A program made the translations under genes and the position numbers. DNA of 64,000 nt from an uncultured Chloroflexia bacterium (GTDB lineage: Bacteria > Chloroflexota > Limnocylindria > Limnocylindrales > CSP1-4), in the NCBI GenBank assembly GCA_963742075.1, contig CAVUKR010000004.1, positions 10,084 through 74,083 on the forward strand, written 5' to 3'. Under the pieces are notes generated by a model. That model searched no databases, was not told the origin of the DNA, and saw nothing but the letters and a program-made list of their open reading frames with translations. Below are positions 46,115 through 55,933 of this stretch, one piece after another (the stretch's first letter is position 1; each line of letters begins with the position of its first letter).

Positions 46115-47083
46115 TCAGATCAGCCGCTCGCGGAGCCAGCGGAGTCTCGCCACGTCGTGGAACCCCTGGCCGCCCTCATGCTCGTTGTACGGGTATTCGC
46201 GGATCTCCTTGGGGCCGCCGTAGGCGTTGTATGCGGCAAAGACCGTGGATGGCGGACTGATCTCGTCCATCAGCCCCACCGAGAACAGCGCTGGGGCCAT
46301 CGCGCGACGGCCAAGGATCGCCACGTCGACGTATGACAGGGTGCGCATCACCCGCTCGACGTGATCGCGATGCACCTTGAGGTAGCGCGCGATCTCGCCA
46401 TACGGGTCCGCGTCGACGAGCGTGATCGCCCGCGGGAAGTCGCTCAGGAACGGGACCTCGGGCATGGCCGCGGCGACATCGGGGAGAAGGGCCGCCACGG
46501 CGATGCTCAGCCCGCCGCCCTGGCTCCCCCCGGTGACCGCCACCCGACCCGGGTCGACGAGGTCGTTGCTGCGGACCGCCTCGACCGCGCGCACGGCGTC
46601 CACGTAGACACGCCGGTAGTAGTACGTCTCCGGATCGAGGATCCCGCGGGTCATGAACCCAGGGTGCGCCGGCGCGCCGGCCGGCTCCGGATCGGGGGTC
46701 TCGCCGACCGACCAGCCCGAGCCCTGGCCGCGCGTGTCCATCACGAGGTGGGCATAGCCCGCAGTGGCCCACAGGATCCGCTCGTGGGCGAGGCCTCGCC
46801 CACCGCCATAGCCCAAGAATTCGACCACGGCGGGGAGCGGGCCGGGCCGCCCGGACGGGACGTGCAGCCACGCCCGGATCGGCGATCCGCCGTAGCCTGC
46901 GTAGGTCACGTCGAACGTGTCGACGACCGCGAGGCCGTTGTCGATCGCGGTGAATGTCGGGGCGAGATCGTGCGAGCGGGCATCCGCCAGCGTGTCCGTC
47001 CAGAACCGGTCGAGGTTCGCGGGGACGTCAAGCTGCGGCTGGTAGGTGCGCAGCTCGGCGATCGGCAGGTCGAACTGGGCCAC
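46115..47083 (-). CDS. Acetylxylan esterase / cephalosporin-C deacetylase (CE7)
   Basis: Contains RTYQPQLDVPANLDRFW...RGQGSGW...VTGGSQGGGLS... Confidence 0.9.
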   Translation of the reverse strand: MAQFDLPIAELRTYQPQLDVPANLDRFWTDTLADARSHDLAPTFTAIDNGLAVVDTFDVTYAGYGGSPIRAWLHVPSGRPGPLPAVVEFLGYGGGRGLAHERILWATAGYAHLVMDTRGQGSGWSVGETPDPEPAGAPAHPGFMTRGILDPETYYYRRVYVDAVRAVEAVRSNDLVDPGRVAVTGGSQGGGLSIAVAALLPDVAAAMPEVPFLSDFPRAITLVDADPYGEIARYLKVHRDHVERVMRTLSYVDVAILGRRAMAPALFSVGLMDEISPPSTVFAAYNAYGGPKEIREYPYNEHEGGQGFHDVARLRWLRERLI

Positions 47084-47194
47084 GACGATCGTCCTCCCTG
47101 CTCTGCCGCGCCCTGCGGGTCGCTCAGGTCGAGCGTGACGCGAGCATACGGTCCCGGAGGTCCCCGTCGGGCAGCGTCCGCGACGACCGGCAGT

Positions 47195-47404
47195 TCAGGC
47201 GGGCTCGGGTCCCGCCAGCGGCCAAGTCCGGAGCATCCCGTCCGGAGACAGGAACGAACCGTCCGGCAGGAGATTCCAGTCGTCGTCAGGATCGATGTAG
47301 TCGGCGGATTCCCAGCCCTCCGGGCCGAGTGCCACGGTCGATCCGGGGTCCTGCGTCTCCACTTCGTCCTCGACCCGCTCGTCGACCACGATGGTCTCGT
47401 CCAT
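47195..47404 (-). CDS. Small acidic hypothetical protein
   Basis: 69-aa ORF, Asp/Glu-rich. Confidence 0.4.
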   Translation of the reverse strand: MDETIVVDERVEDEVETQDPGSTVALGPEGWESADYIDPDDDWNLLPDGSFLSPDGMLRTWPLAGPEPA

Positions 47405-47469
47405 GCCACACCTCCTGCCGACCTCGATGGTAAACCCCGGGTACCAGCCCCCCGGAAGGGGTCAGGATC

Positions 47470-47952
47470 CTACCCGGCGGTCACGAGCGCCTTGGCGACT
47501 GGAGTCTCGATCAAGGTCCGGTACTCGGTCTCCGGAGCATCCGAGCCGGGACCGACCAAGTAGCGTTCGCGCGTCGGCCCGACCTCCTCGTAGTCGTTGT
47601 CTCGGATCCACGTCTCGAGCGCCCGGTACGCGCCCGGGAGCTCCTCGTATCGACCGACGTGGAGCGTCTGGGCCACGGTTGCCGCAGGGATGACACGGTC
47701 CTCGAACTCGCTCGGGATGGGGCGCGCAGTGCCGACCGGGAGGCAGACCTCGACATCGATCCGCGTCGGGCTCCACTCGTGGTAGATGACGACCGGCTCG
47801 CCGTTCGGCTCGATGCCAAGTGGCCCGAGGCCCGCCATCAGGGCGTCGTACGACGAACCGATGTACGCGGACAGGCCCGCCCTGATGACGAGGCCGCGCT
47901 GTGAGACCACGCGCTGGTCCGGGATCTCGCGGGTGATGACCTCGTACGCCAT
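47470..47952 (-). CDS. GyrI-like small-molecule-binding domain protein
   Basis: 160 aa. Contains ...VAQTLHVGRYEELPGAYRALETWI...RERYL... It has no DNA-binding domain. Confidence 0.85.
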   Translation of the reverse strand: MAYEVITREIPDQRVVSQRGLVIRAGLSAYIGSSYDALMAGLGPLGIEPNGEPVVIYHEWSPTRIDVEVCLPVGTARPIPSEFEDRVIPAATVAQTLHVGRYEELPGAYRALETWIRDNDYEEVGPTRERYLVGPGSDAPETEYRTLIETPVAKALVTAG

Positions 47953-48066
47953 GGCTGACTCCTCCTTGTCCGGACGACGCTCCGCCGACCAGCCGGGATG
48001 CGGCGCCAGTGTCGTCCCGTAGACGACCGGCAGCCAGAGCCGTTGGACCCGATGCGGCCGACGAAC

Positions 48067-48906
48067 CTAGGAGGCCGGGGTGGGACCGACGTCCGGCGTC
48101 GGGTCCACGACGGGCGTGGGGTCGGCGGACGGCGTGGCGTCCGGTGTCGCTACGGGCGTCGGGGTCGGCGTCGGTGCCGGGGTCGTCTGTACGAGCCAGA
48201 GATACTGGCGGAGCGTGAGACCGCTGACATGGACCATGGCCGCGGTCGCCCGACCGACGTAGCGGAAGTGCCATGGCTCGTACGCATAGCAGGTGACGCT
48301 CGACTTCCCCTTCGGATACGACATCACGAAGCCGTACTTCCAGGCGTTCTTGCGCATCCACGTGCCGGCCCTGGTCTTTCCCCAGTCGCGGTAGTCCCAG
48401 GGGGCCGACCCGCCGTAGCTTCGGAAATCGAGCGTGGTCCCGAGCTGGTGCTCGCTGTGGCCGGCCCGGGCGCTCGACTTGAGCGCAGCGCCGTAGCCCA
48501 GGATGCGCGTCCAGTAGGAGAACGTCGCTCGTTGGTTCGAGAAGCTCCGATAGGCTGACTCGACCGCGAGGCGGGCCCCCGCGGCTCGAGCGGCTCGCGC
48601 CATCGCGCGCAGGTCGGCGATGACGAACGCACGCACCTTGTGGCCGCCGTTGAGTCCCGCGTTCGCCGTCGATCGCAGGTCGTGCGGCGCGTACCCGCTC
48701 GTCAGCCGATACGTGGTGTCGAGGACCGTCCGATCCCAGGCGGTCAGCGTGAGCTGGGCGGTCGCGACATCGGTGACGCGGCACGATGGGACGGCACTCG
48801 CCGATACGACGGTCGCGGCCACGCCCGTCGCCGTCATCACGACGAGCAGCAGGACGAGCAGGCGCGCGGTCCTGATCCAGTGCCTCGATGATGCCATGGC
48901 GGCCAT
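48067..48906 (-). CDS. M15-family D-Ala-D-Ala carboxypeptidase (VanY-like), secreted
   Basis: Contains SAYRSFSNQ...SEHQLGTTLDF...EPWHFRYVG, an N-terminal signal peptide and a C-terminal Pro/Thr tail. Confidence 0.85.
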   Translation of the reverse strand: MAAMASSRHWIRTARLLVLLLVVMTATGVAATVVSASAVPSCRVTDVATAQLTLTAWDRTVLDTTYRLTSGYAPHDLRSTANAGLNGGHKVRAFVIADLRAMARAARAAGARLAVESAYRSFSNQRATFSYWTRILGYGAALKSSARAGHSEHQLGTTLDFRSYGGSAPWDYRDWGKTRAGTWMRKNAWKYGFVMSYPKGKSSVTCYAYEPWHFRYVGRATAAMVHVSGLTLRQYLWLVQTTPAPTPTPTPVATPDATPSADPTPVVDPTPDVGPTPAS

Positions 48907-49044
48907 CTTCGCAGCGATCGCCGGCCCCCGTCGCCCACCTGAACGTACCGTCGGGCCGGTCCCGCGCGCTCGCATCGCACGAGGCCTGGCGCCCGCTCTC
49001 CCCGGGGCCGGCGGCTCGATGCGGTATCATCGCCGCCGCTCCAC

Positions 49045-49119
49045 TGGCGAGTGGCCAAGCGGTAAGGCGCCTGACTCTGGATCAGGAGATCGAAGGTTCG
49101 AATCCTTCCTCGCCAGCCA
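49045..49119 (+). tRNA. tRNA-Gln (anticodon CTG), CCA encoded
   Basis: Manual fold: acceptor stem TGGCGAG/CTCGCCA, anticodon stem CCTGA/TCAGG with loop CTCTGGA, T-loop GGTTCGAATCC, discriminator G plus CCA. Confidence 0.9.
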
Positions 49120-49329
49120 TTTTCTGCTCACCTGGCGGCAACGAGCGACCTCTCGACGGCACCGACATCCATCTCCGTGGCTGTCACGGTGGCTGTCAAG
49201 ATTCGGCCCCCGCTTGGCACACAACCGCGTAGCCCTGATCGGTTCGTCGACTGCGATCGCCGGCACCGTCGCGATCAGCGCTGAGAGGAGCCAGGGAGCT
49301 GGCGGCAGCTTCGGTGTATGCCAGGTCGG

Positions 49330-49815
49330 TCAGGGTATCCACACTCTGGCCGCGACCACCCAGAGGAGGACGGCGTCGATCCCGAGGCCGAGCACCAGCA
49401 GGGGCTCGAAGAAGAGGACCAGGAGGACCGCCGACGTGACGGCCGACGCTGCGACGATCGGCTGCCACCAGCCTGACGGCACGATGATCCCGACCGTGGA
49501 CAACGCGGCCAACGAGAAACCGACGACGACCACGGTGATCAGAGCAACCCCGATGATCCGAACCATGTTCGCGTCGAGGCCGGCGCCGGTGATGGCCCAC
49601 GATCGGGCCATGTCGAACGGCCAGTCCGGCCCGCCGTCAGTCGGCGCAGGCACGGGCACAACGAACAACGCGTGGACGACGCCGTGGCCGATCAGTAGGG
49701 CCGCCAGCAACCATCGCCCCGCAGCGATGTCGCGCGACAGCAGCCACCAAATCGCACCGCCGACCACCACCAGCACCACTGCCCAGGGCAGGATGCCGGC
49801 CATCGTCCTCACCAT
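49330..49815 (-). CDS. Hypothetical membrane protein (5 TM)
   Basis: AAAGGAGAG lies 5 nt upstream of ATG 49815. Confidence 0.65.
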   Translation of the reverse strand: MVRTMAGILPWAVVLVVVGGAIWWLLSRDIAAGRWLLAALLIGHGVVHALFVVPVPAPTDGGPDWPFDMARSWAITGAGLDANMVRIIGVALITVVVVGFSLAALSTVGIIVPSGWWQPIVAASAVTSAVLLVLFFEPLLVLGLGIDAVLLWVVAARVWIP

Positions 49816-49838
49816 CACATCTCTCCTTTCCCGGCCCG

Positions 49839-50024
49839 TTAGCCGTCCATGACGATCCGGAGGGTCCGGCGGAACGTGGCGTCCCTCAAGCCGCGCAGGC
49901 GCTCGGCGAGCGCCTCGGGCAATCCGACCCACGCCGTCTCAACGACGGGGGAGCTGAGCACCGAGTAGCCGACCGTGAACGCGACGAGCGACTGGTACAG
50001 CTCCACGGCGTCATCCGGCGCCAC
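49839..50024 (-). pseudogene. Possible C-terminal remnant of a TetR-like regulator
   Basis: 61-aa ORF (...VELYQSLVAFTVGYSVLS...) with no N-terminal HTH. Confidence 0.25.
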
Positions 50025-50158
50025 GCCCTGGTCGATCAGGTACAGCAGGCCGGACGCCCCCCACGGTCGGTCCTGCGGGCCGCCAAGGGGACGGCCCAGG
50101 GCGATTCACCGAGCGCGGCGGGATGCTCCTCGAGGGTGCCACCGCCCACTCCGCCGAC

Positions 50159-50737
50159 TCAGGTCCGTGTCAGCGATGCCAGCCAGGCGCTCGCTCCGCC
50201 GTCCGCCAGTCTCGCCGCGAACCGCTCCGCGACGATCGAGTCGACCGTCCAACGTCTCGCGAACGTCTCGCGGATCTCGCGCTCGGTCACGCGGCGGGGG
50301 CCCATGTCGCCAGGCTGGTGCTCGTCGAAACAGAGCAGGAAGTAACTGGCACCGGCCTTGAGCGCCGCGTGGAGGCTCCGCTCGAACCGGATACGATCGG
50401 GATCGGAGAACGTGTGGAACAGGCCGCAGTCGATGGCGACATCGAACGTCCGACCGAGGGCGTCTAGCGCCAGCGCATCCGCGACCTGGAACGCTACGCG
50501 GATGTCGCGCTCGGTCGCCTTGGCGCGTGCCCGCTCGATCGCCGTCGGCGCGGCATCCACCCCCACCACGTCGAGACCCCGCGAGGCGAGATAGAGCGCG
50601 TTCTCGCCCGTCCCGCAGCCGACGTCGAGCACCGTGCCCTCGATCGCGCCCTCCTCAGCGAGGCGCACGATCGCCGGCTGCGGCCGCCCGATGTCCCACG
50701 GTGGCTCGCCGCTTCGGTACGCCCACTCGAAGCCCAT
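50159..50737 (-). CDS. Class I SAM-dependent methyltransferase
   Basis: ATG 50737 (MGFEWAYRSGEPPWDIG...). Contains VLDVGCGTGENALYLA. Confidence 0.85.
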   Translation of the reverse strand: MGFEWAYRSGEPPWDIGRPQPAIVRLAEEGAIEGTVLDVGCGTGENALYLASRGLDVVGVDAAPTAIERARAKATERDIRVAFQVADALALDALGRTFDVAIDCGLFHTFSDPDRIRFERSLHAALKAGASYFLLCFDEHQPGDMGPRRVTEREIRETFARRWTVDSIVAERFAARLADGGASAWLASLTRT

Positions 50738-51044
50738 GACCAGAGACGATACCCGGACCGGTCGCCATCGTCCCGCGGGCCAGGCACCAAGGCCCGAGCC
50801 AGCCCCACTGCACGGCCGACCCGGCGCCGGGACCAACGGCTCGACGATAACTCCCCATATCGTCAGGCGCGAGGAACCCGACGTTCTTCGTGGCGCCTCA
50901 AGCCTGCCCGACGTCGAATGCCCATGGCGGCCGCGGACGGCCCGGGCGTACCATCGAGCCGTGCACTCGTGCGCTCGGCGACAAGCATTGGCAGTCGGCC
51001 ATGCACCTCGGCGCTGGCGGCTGCGGCCACCCACGGCGATCACC

Positions 51045-51896
51045 ATGGCGACGGTCGCCCTCGTCGTCGTGGCCTGCGCGAGCTCGACCACCAGCGGGCC
51101 ATCCGGGAGTTTGCCCCCAGCTTCCGGATTGTCGGTGCCCCTCTCCACGGCCTCAGCCCCGCCGAGCACAGGCGCGGGCTACGATGTGCCGACGCCCGAG
51201 CCGGTCAATAGCGTGGCGGTGCCCGAAGTACCCTGCCCGACGACCTTCGCGTTGCCAACGGAGACGCTGCCGCCCCTGCCCAAGACGATGACCGCGACGG
51301 TGACACCCGCCGTGGCGGGCCGCGTGACGTACTACGGGAACGGGACGCTGACGGTCCTCGGTCCGAAGGACTGGCACTGTGAAGCCTCGGTCGGCATCGA
51401 CGGCTCGGGCCGCATGACGATCACACCGCCGGGTCAGCCCGCCCGGTCCGGTAGCCCGGCACCAACAGGCTCAATATTGACAAGCCCGAGGCAGGAGGTT
51501 TACGGGCAGGCACTCACCGCCGCCAGCGCAGGCCCGTGCGTCGGATGCGTCGTCGCGATGGCCTGCGGCTTGTTCCCCGAGGCGTTGAACCTCATGGCGC
51601 AGCCGGGCCTCGCCTGCTCGAGCGCGCCCCCGGCCGGTGAGCAAGTGACTCGCCCCCAGCCCCGCTCCGCCGTCTTCATGGACCCGCCGGGCGTGGCTGG
51701 GACTGGCGATCCCTCGGGCGGCGCCTACCGGGCGTTCGGGTTCCTCGTCTTCGATCCCGGCGCCGCGGCCGGCGGCAGCGGTCGGTCAGCTCCCTCGGCG
51801 CTCAAGATGACCTGCACGCTCCCCGACGCGCTGGCGCCCATCTGCGACGAACTGGTGGAAGGCGTCGGGCGGGGACAGACGACCGCGGGCGGCTGA
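51045..51896 (+). CDS. Putative Cys-rich lipoprotein
   Basis: MATVALVVVACASS lipobox. The start may lie further upstream (TTG at about 50985). Confidence 0.6.
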   Translation: MATVALVVVACASSTTSGPSGSLPPASGLSVPLSTASAPPSTGAGYDVPTPEPVNSVAVPEVPCPTTFALPTETLPPLPKTMTATVTPAVAGRVTYYGNGTLTVLGPKDWHCEASVGIDGSGRMTITPPGQPARSGSPAPTGSILTSPRQEVYGQALTAASAGPCVGCVVAMACGLFPEALNLMAQPGLACSSAPPAGEQVTRPQPRSAVFMDPPGVAGTGDPSGGAYRAFGFLVFDPGAAAGGSGRSAPSALKMTCTLPDALAPICDELVEGVGRGQTTAGG

Positions 51897-52148
51897 TGGC
51901 TTTTGGGTGCTGCACCCTGTGCACCGCCGCCTGTGCCGAATGCTCGCGATAGCCGCGGCCGCACGAAGCCGAAGATCAGGCTAGTCGGTAGCCGACGCGG
52001 CCGCTCGAAGCGCTACGCTCCAGCCGGGAAGCTTGGACGGTTGGCGCTCTCGCCAGGACGACCCGATCGGCAGGCGCGTCTGCGGGTTCGGAGCGATCTC
52101 AACCGACGTTTCGCTGACGTACGCAAATACCGCTCGAGGTTGGGGCCT

Positions 52149-52577
52149 CTAGAACATCCCGTTGTCGTTCTTCGTGTCTGCCGGATCGGGCACGACCTGG
52201 AGGACGTCCCAGTGTTCGACGATCTTGCCGTTGTCGTCGAACCGGAAGATGTCGATGCCCGCATAGTCGTGGTCGCCCGGCCAGTGCTGGTAGCAGTGGA
52301 GGACCACGTAGTCATCCTCGGCGATGGCGCGTTTCACGTCGACCCGCTTGCCGGGGTACTCGCGAGCCATGCGGTCGAAGTAGTCGATGAATGCGTCCTT
52401 GCCGTCACCCACGCCGGGGTTGTGCTGCCGGTAGTCCGCGCCGGTGTATCGCTCCTGTGCCTCTCGCGGCTGGTTGTCGTTGAACATCAGCTCGTAGAAA
52501 TCGATCGCGGTGTGCTTGTTCGCCTGCGGATCGCTCAATGGGCATTCCTCCGGGATCGGCTCGGTCCACGAGCTCAC
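52149..52577 (-). CDS. SnoaL-like / NTF2-family protein
   Basis: 142 aa. Contains ...[24 protein letters not shown]...[18 protein letters not shown]. Confidence 0.85.
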   Translation of the reverse strand: MSSWTEPIPEECPLSDPQANKHTAIDFYELMFNDNQPREAQERYTGADYRQHNPGVGDGKDAFIDYFDRMAREYPGKRVDVKRAIAEDDYVVLHCYQHWPGDHDYAGIDIFRFDDNGKIVEHWDVLQVVPDPADTKNDNGMF

Positions 52578-52663
52578 GGTTGGTCAGGCGCGGGGCGGCG
52601 ATGACCCTTGGGTCACCCCATCCGCTCGACGCCCACGGCGGCGTCGCCACGCGGGGGCATCGA

Positions 52664-53095
52664 ATGGCGCTGTGTTCAACCGGCGACGGGGTATTCCCGC
52701 CGAAGACCTGCGCCCTGCCGGCGGGGACGTACTCCGCGGCCCCGTTCGCACCGGTCTTCCGGTTCACGATCGGTGCCGGCTGGTCGAACACCCTCGCGGG
52801 CATCAACGCGGGCGGTATCGTCATGGGCAAACCGGACACGACGGGGTTCGGCTGGTCGACCGGGATGATGGCCGAAGATGGCTCCAATGTCGGAAAGACG
52901 ACCGATACGCTCCTCGCCTATTTCGCGTCGCAGCCGAGCATCTCGGTGTCGGCTCCGACCCCGGTCATCGTGGGCGACATACCACGTCTCGCGATCGACT
53001 TCACCTTGCGCAACGGAGCGGATCTTCAGGAAGCGGAGAAGAACGAGGTCAGTACGAGGTTGGAGAGAAGGTGCGCGCCATCATCGTGGACGTGA
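52664..53095 (+). CDS. Hypothetical protein, possibly a truncated fragment
   Basis: ATG 52664. No signal peptide. The 3' end overlaps a convergent gene. Confidence 0.3.
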   Translation: MALCSTGDGVFPPKTCALPAGTYSAAPFAPVFRFTIGAGWSNTLAGINAGGIVMGKPDTTGFGWSTGMMAEDGSNVGKTTDTLLAYFASQPSISVSAPTPVIVGDIPRLAIDFTLRNGADLQEAEKNEVSTRLERRCAPSSWT

Positions 53096-53446
53096 ACGGA
53101 GCCATCGTGTTGGTAGGCTCGTCCCATCGGCGAACCAGAAGTCGCCGCTACCGACGACGCGGTGGATCGTGTTCGAGGGTGTCGCGACCCACTGGTCCTC
53201 GCTCCCGACGACGCGGACCGACAAGTCGCTCGGCCGGCCACCCGGCCAGTTCTCCATGATCGCCCGGTCGTTCGCGCTACCGCGGACCCGCTCGCCCGAC
53301 TGGGGCCACTCACGCACCCAGTCCGGGTCGCGCAAGGCACCGGCCGAGTCGTAGTCATGGGCGGCATGCGTTTCGTAGTAGCGACGGACGATCTCCTCGT
53401 TTGACGCGTTCGCCACGTTCTCTCCCTCGGGTGCGATGAAGAGCAA
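53081..53446 (-). CDS. NTF2-like protein, with the C-terminus apparently frame-shifted
   Basis: Contains EEIVRRYYETHAAHDYD...WPQSGERVRG... Coding-like sequence continues in another frame after about 53110. Confidence 0.5.
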   Translation of the reverse strand: MLFIAPEGENVANASNEEIVRRYYETHAAHDYDSAGALRDPDWVREWPQSGERVRGSANDRAIMENWPGGRPSDLSVRVVGSEDQWVATPSNTIHRVVGSGDFWFADGTSLPTRWLRSRPR

Positions 53447-53824
53447 CCGTGATGCGGCCGGTCCCCGCGGTCAAGCCTCATGTTCGGGTCAGGCGTCGTG
53501 CCGTCGGCGCCGGCCGGCGTGCTCTGGGTGGTCGTCATCAGGACGGTATCGCGACTGGTTTATGGAAGCATGACGTGGATAGGATCGGTTCGACCCTCGC
53601 CAGCCAGCTACCACGGGTAGGCTCCTCGCGGGTGGCGCCAGCCACGCCGGGTACCCGTCGAAGAGCGCCCGGCCATCCGTGCTCTGATCGCCGAGTCCGA
53701 TCCACGCCGTCAGGTGGCTCTATCCCGCAACCCAGCCGGGGGTCCATGGGGATCTTCCACGGCAATTCGCGCGCCAGGCGTCGGCGCGTACGCGATCCGC
53801 GACCAGGTTTACCCTTACGCGGTC

Positions 53825-54646
53825 ATGGACGCCCGAGATCTACGAGCCTTCATCCCAGGGATGAGCCGGCTTTTCCCGACCGGTCGGGTCGCGGTCCTCC
53901 GGCTCTACGGACCCATCGGCGGCGGGGCGAGGACGGCCGACTGGATCGAGTTGGCCCGTCGTCTCCGGGAGTCGAAGCGGGTGCCGGCCGTCGTCCTCGA
54001 CATCGACTCGCCCGGCGGCTCTGCGACCGCGTCGGACGACATGTTCCTGGCCCTCGAGCGGCTCGCCGCAAGGAAGCCGCTGATCGCCGCGATCCGCGGG
54101 ACCGGCGCGTCGGGCTCCTACCTCGCCGCCATGGCGGCTCGCCGGATCGTCGCCCAGCCGCACGCCATCGTCGGCTCGATCGGTGTCATCTCGGCCGGTC
54201 CGAGGCTCCCGCGACTGCTCGACCGGCTGGGCATCAGCGTCACGGAGAACCGTGCCGGCAGGCTCAAGGGTATGGGAGCCCCGTGGCGCGACGCGACCGA
54301 CGAAGAGCGCGCCAAGGAGCAGGCGGTCGTCGACGCGTTCTATGACGCGTTCGTCAGTCGCGTGGCTCAGGGCCGGCACCTGCCGGAGGCGACGGTCCGG
54401 GACCTCGCGACCGGAGAGATCTGGCTCGGCAATGAGGCCCTCGCCCTGGGGCTGGTCGACGAGATCGGCGACCTGGAACGGGCCGTCGAGCTGGCGGCCG
54501 CGGCCGCCGGCGTGCCGGCTCGCTCCGCCCCGGTCCGCCTGCATCAATCACTGTTCAGTCGATTCGCCGGACGATTCGCTACGAGCCTGGCGGGGGCCGT
54601 TGCCGACGAGATCGAAGCCCGACTTGAGAGTCGCCTACGGACGTGA
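53825..54646 (+). CDS. sppA: Signal peptide peptidase SppA (S49, 36K type)
   Basis: Contains AVVLDIDSPGGSATASD...IRGTGASGSYLAAMAA...GSIGVI... The start could be 53825, 53861 or 53714. Confidence 0.85.
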   Translation: MDARDLRAFIPGMSRLFPTGRVAVLRLYGPIGGGARTADWIELARRLRESKRVPAVVLDIDSPGGSATASDDMFLALERLAARKPLIAAIRGTGASGSYLAAMAARRIVAQPHAIVGSIGVISAGPRLPRLLDRLGISVTENRAGRLKGMGAPWRDATDEERAKEQAVVDAFYDAFVSRVAQGRHLPEATVRDLATGEIWLGNEALALGLVDEIGDLERAVELAAAAAGVPARSAPVRLHQSLFSRFAGRFATSLAGAVADEIEARLESRLRT

Positions 54647-54948
54647 CACTCGACCAAGGCCTGCGGCGTCGGCGGGAACCGCACCGAGCGCTTCGGGATC
54701 CCGACGGTCGAGGTGACGTTCGCCGTGAAGGTGATCGGCCGGCCACGATCGACCGGTCGGCCGAGTAGGAGATGGTCGCGGTCGGGGTCACCTGGTTGAT
54801 GACGATCGGCCCCGAGCCGGTGGCATTCGAGGAGTTGCCGTCAGCCCTGGTGAAGGACGCGAGGACACTCCTAGGTGACTTGGGAACCGGGTCGCGAGGT
54901 TCGTGTCTTGGGGGCGGGCGCATCGAGCAGCCTCGGTAGACTTGAACC

Positions 54949-55884
54949 ATGCGATACGTCGAATCCGATGGTCTTCTCGTTTCCCGGATCGGGCTCGGCA
55001 CCTGGCAGTTCGGTTCCCGCGAGTGGGGCTACGGCCCGGCCTACGCCTCCGACGTCGCCCCCGCGCTGCTGCGCCGCTCGGTCGAGCTCGGGATCACGCT
55101 GATCGACACCGCTGAGATGTACGGCCCGGGCCACTCGGAACGGATCATCGGCGCCACTCTCGTCGCTATGGCACCGGCGGAGCGGGCTCGCCTCGTCATC
55201 GCCACGAAGTTCCTGCCGATCGCGCCCGCGGAGCCGATCCTCGCCTGGCAAGCCGCCGGGAGCCGGCGCCGGCTCGGCGTCGACGCACTCGACCTCTACT
55301 ACGCGCACTGGCCGAACCCGCTCGTATCGGTGCGCCGAGTGATGCAGGCGGTCCGTCCGCTCATGGCGGCGGGTCTCGTGCGCCGCGTCGGGGTCAGCAA
55401 CTACTCGCTGGACCAGTGGTCCACGGCGGAGCGCGCGCTGCGCGCACCCATCGTGGCAAACCAGGTCCGGTTCAGTCTCGTCAGCCCTGGCCCTGCCTCG
55501 GATCTGGTTCCATACGCCGCTGCGGAGGACCGGCTGGTCGTCGCCTACTCGCCGCTCGGACAGGGACTGCTGGCCGGGGCCGCGGCCTCAGGTACCGTCC
55601 GCGGACTGCGCGCGATGAATCCGCTGTTCGGGCAGGATGGCGGGAGACGGATGGCCCCGCTCGTCGACGCGATCGACGAGATCGCCGCCGCCCACGAGGC
55701 CACGAGCGCCCAGGTCGCCCTGGCGTGGGTGCTCCACCACCCGAACACCGTCGCGATCCCGGGCGCCCGGACGCTCGAGCAACTCGAGGAGAATGCAGCC
55801 GCAGCCGACCTCATGCTTTCGGAGGCCGAGTTCAGGTGGCTTTCGGGCGAGGCAGAGGCTTTCGCGGCCAGCCGGCGATCCTGA
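54949..55884 (+). CDS. Aldo/keto reductase
   Basis: Contains GLGTWQFG...GITLIDTAEMYG...NQVRFSL... Confidence 0.9.
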   Translation: MRYVESDGLLVSRIGLGTWQFGSREWGYGPAYASDVAPALLRRSVELGITLIDTAEMYGPGHSERIIGATLVAMAPAERARLVIATKFLPIAPAEPILAWQAAGSRRRLGVDALDLYYAHWPNPLVSVRRVMQAVRPLMAAGLVRRVGVSNYSLDQWSTAERALRAPIVANQVRFSLVSPGPASDLVPYAAAEDRLVVAYSPLGQGLLAGAAASGTVRGLRAMNPLFGQDGGRRMAPLVDAIDEIAAAHEATSAQVALAWVLHHPNTVAIPGARTLEQLEENAAAADLMLSEAEFRWLSGEAEAFAASRRS

Positions 55885-55933
55885 CGCTGAACGGGCAAGG
55901 AATTCAGGCATCGGCCGCTCATTCCGGTTCCGC

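Noticed and set aside
49027-49266. 79-aa ORF on the minus strand
   Set aside because: It is antisense to the tRNA-Gln gene and has no coding-like composition.
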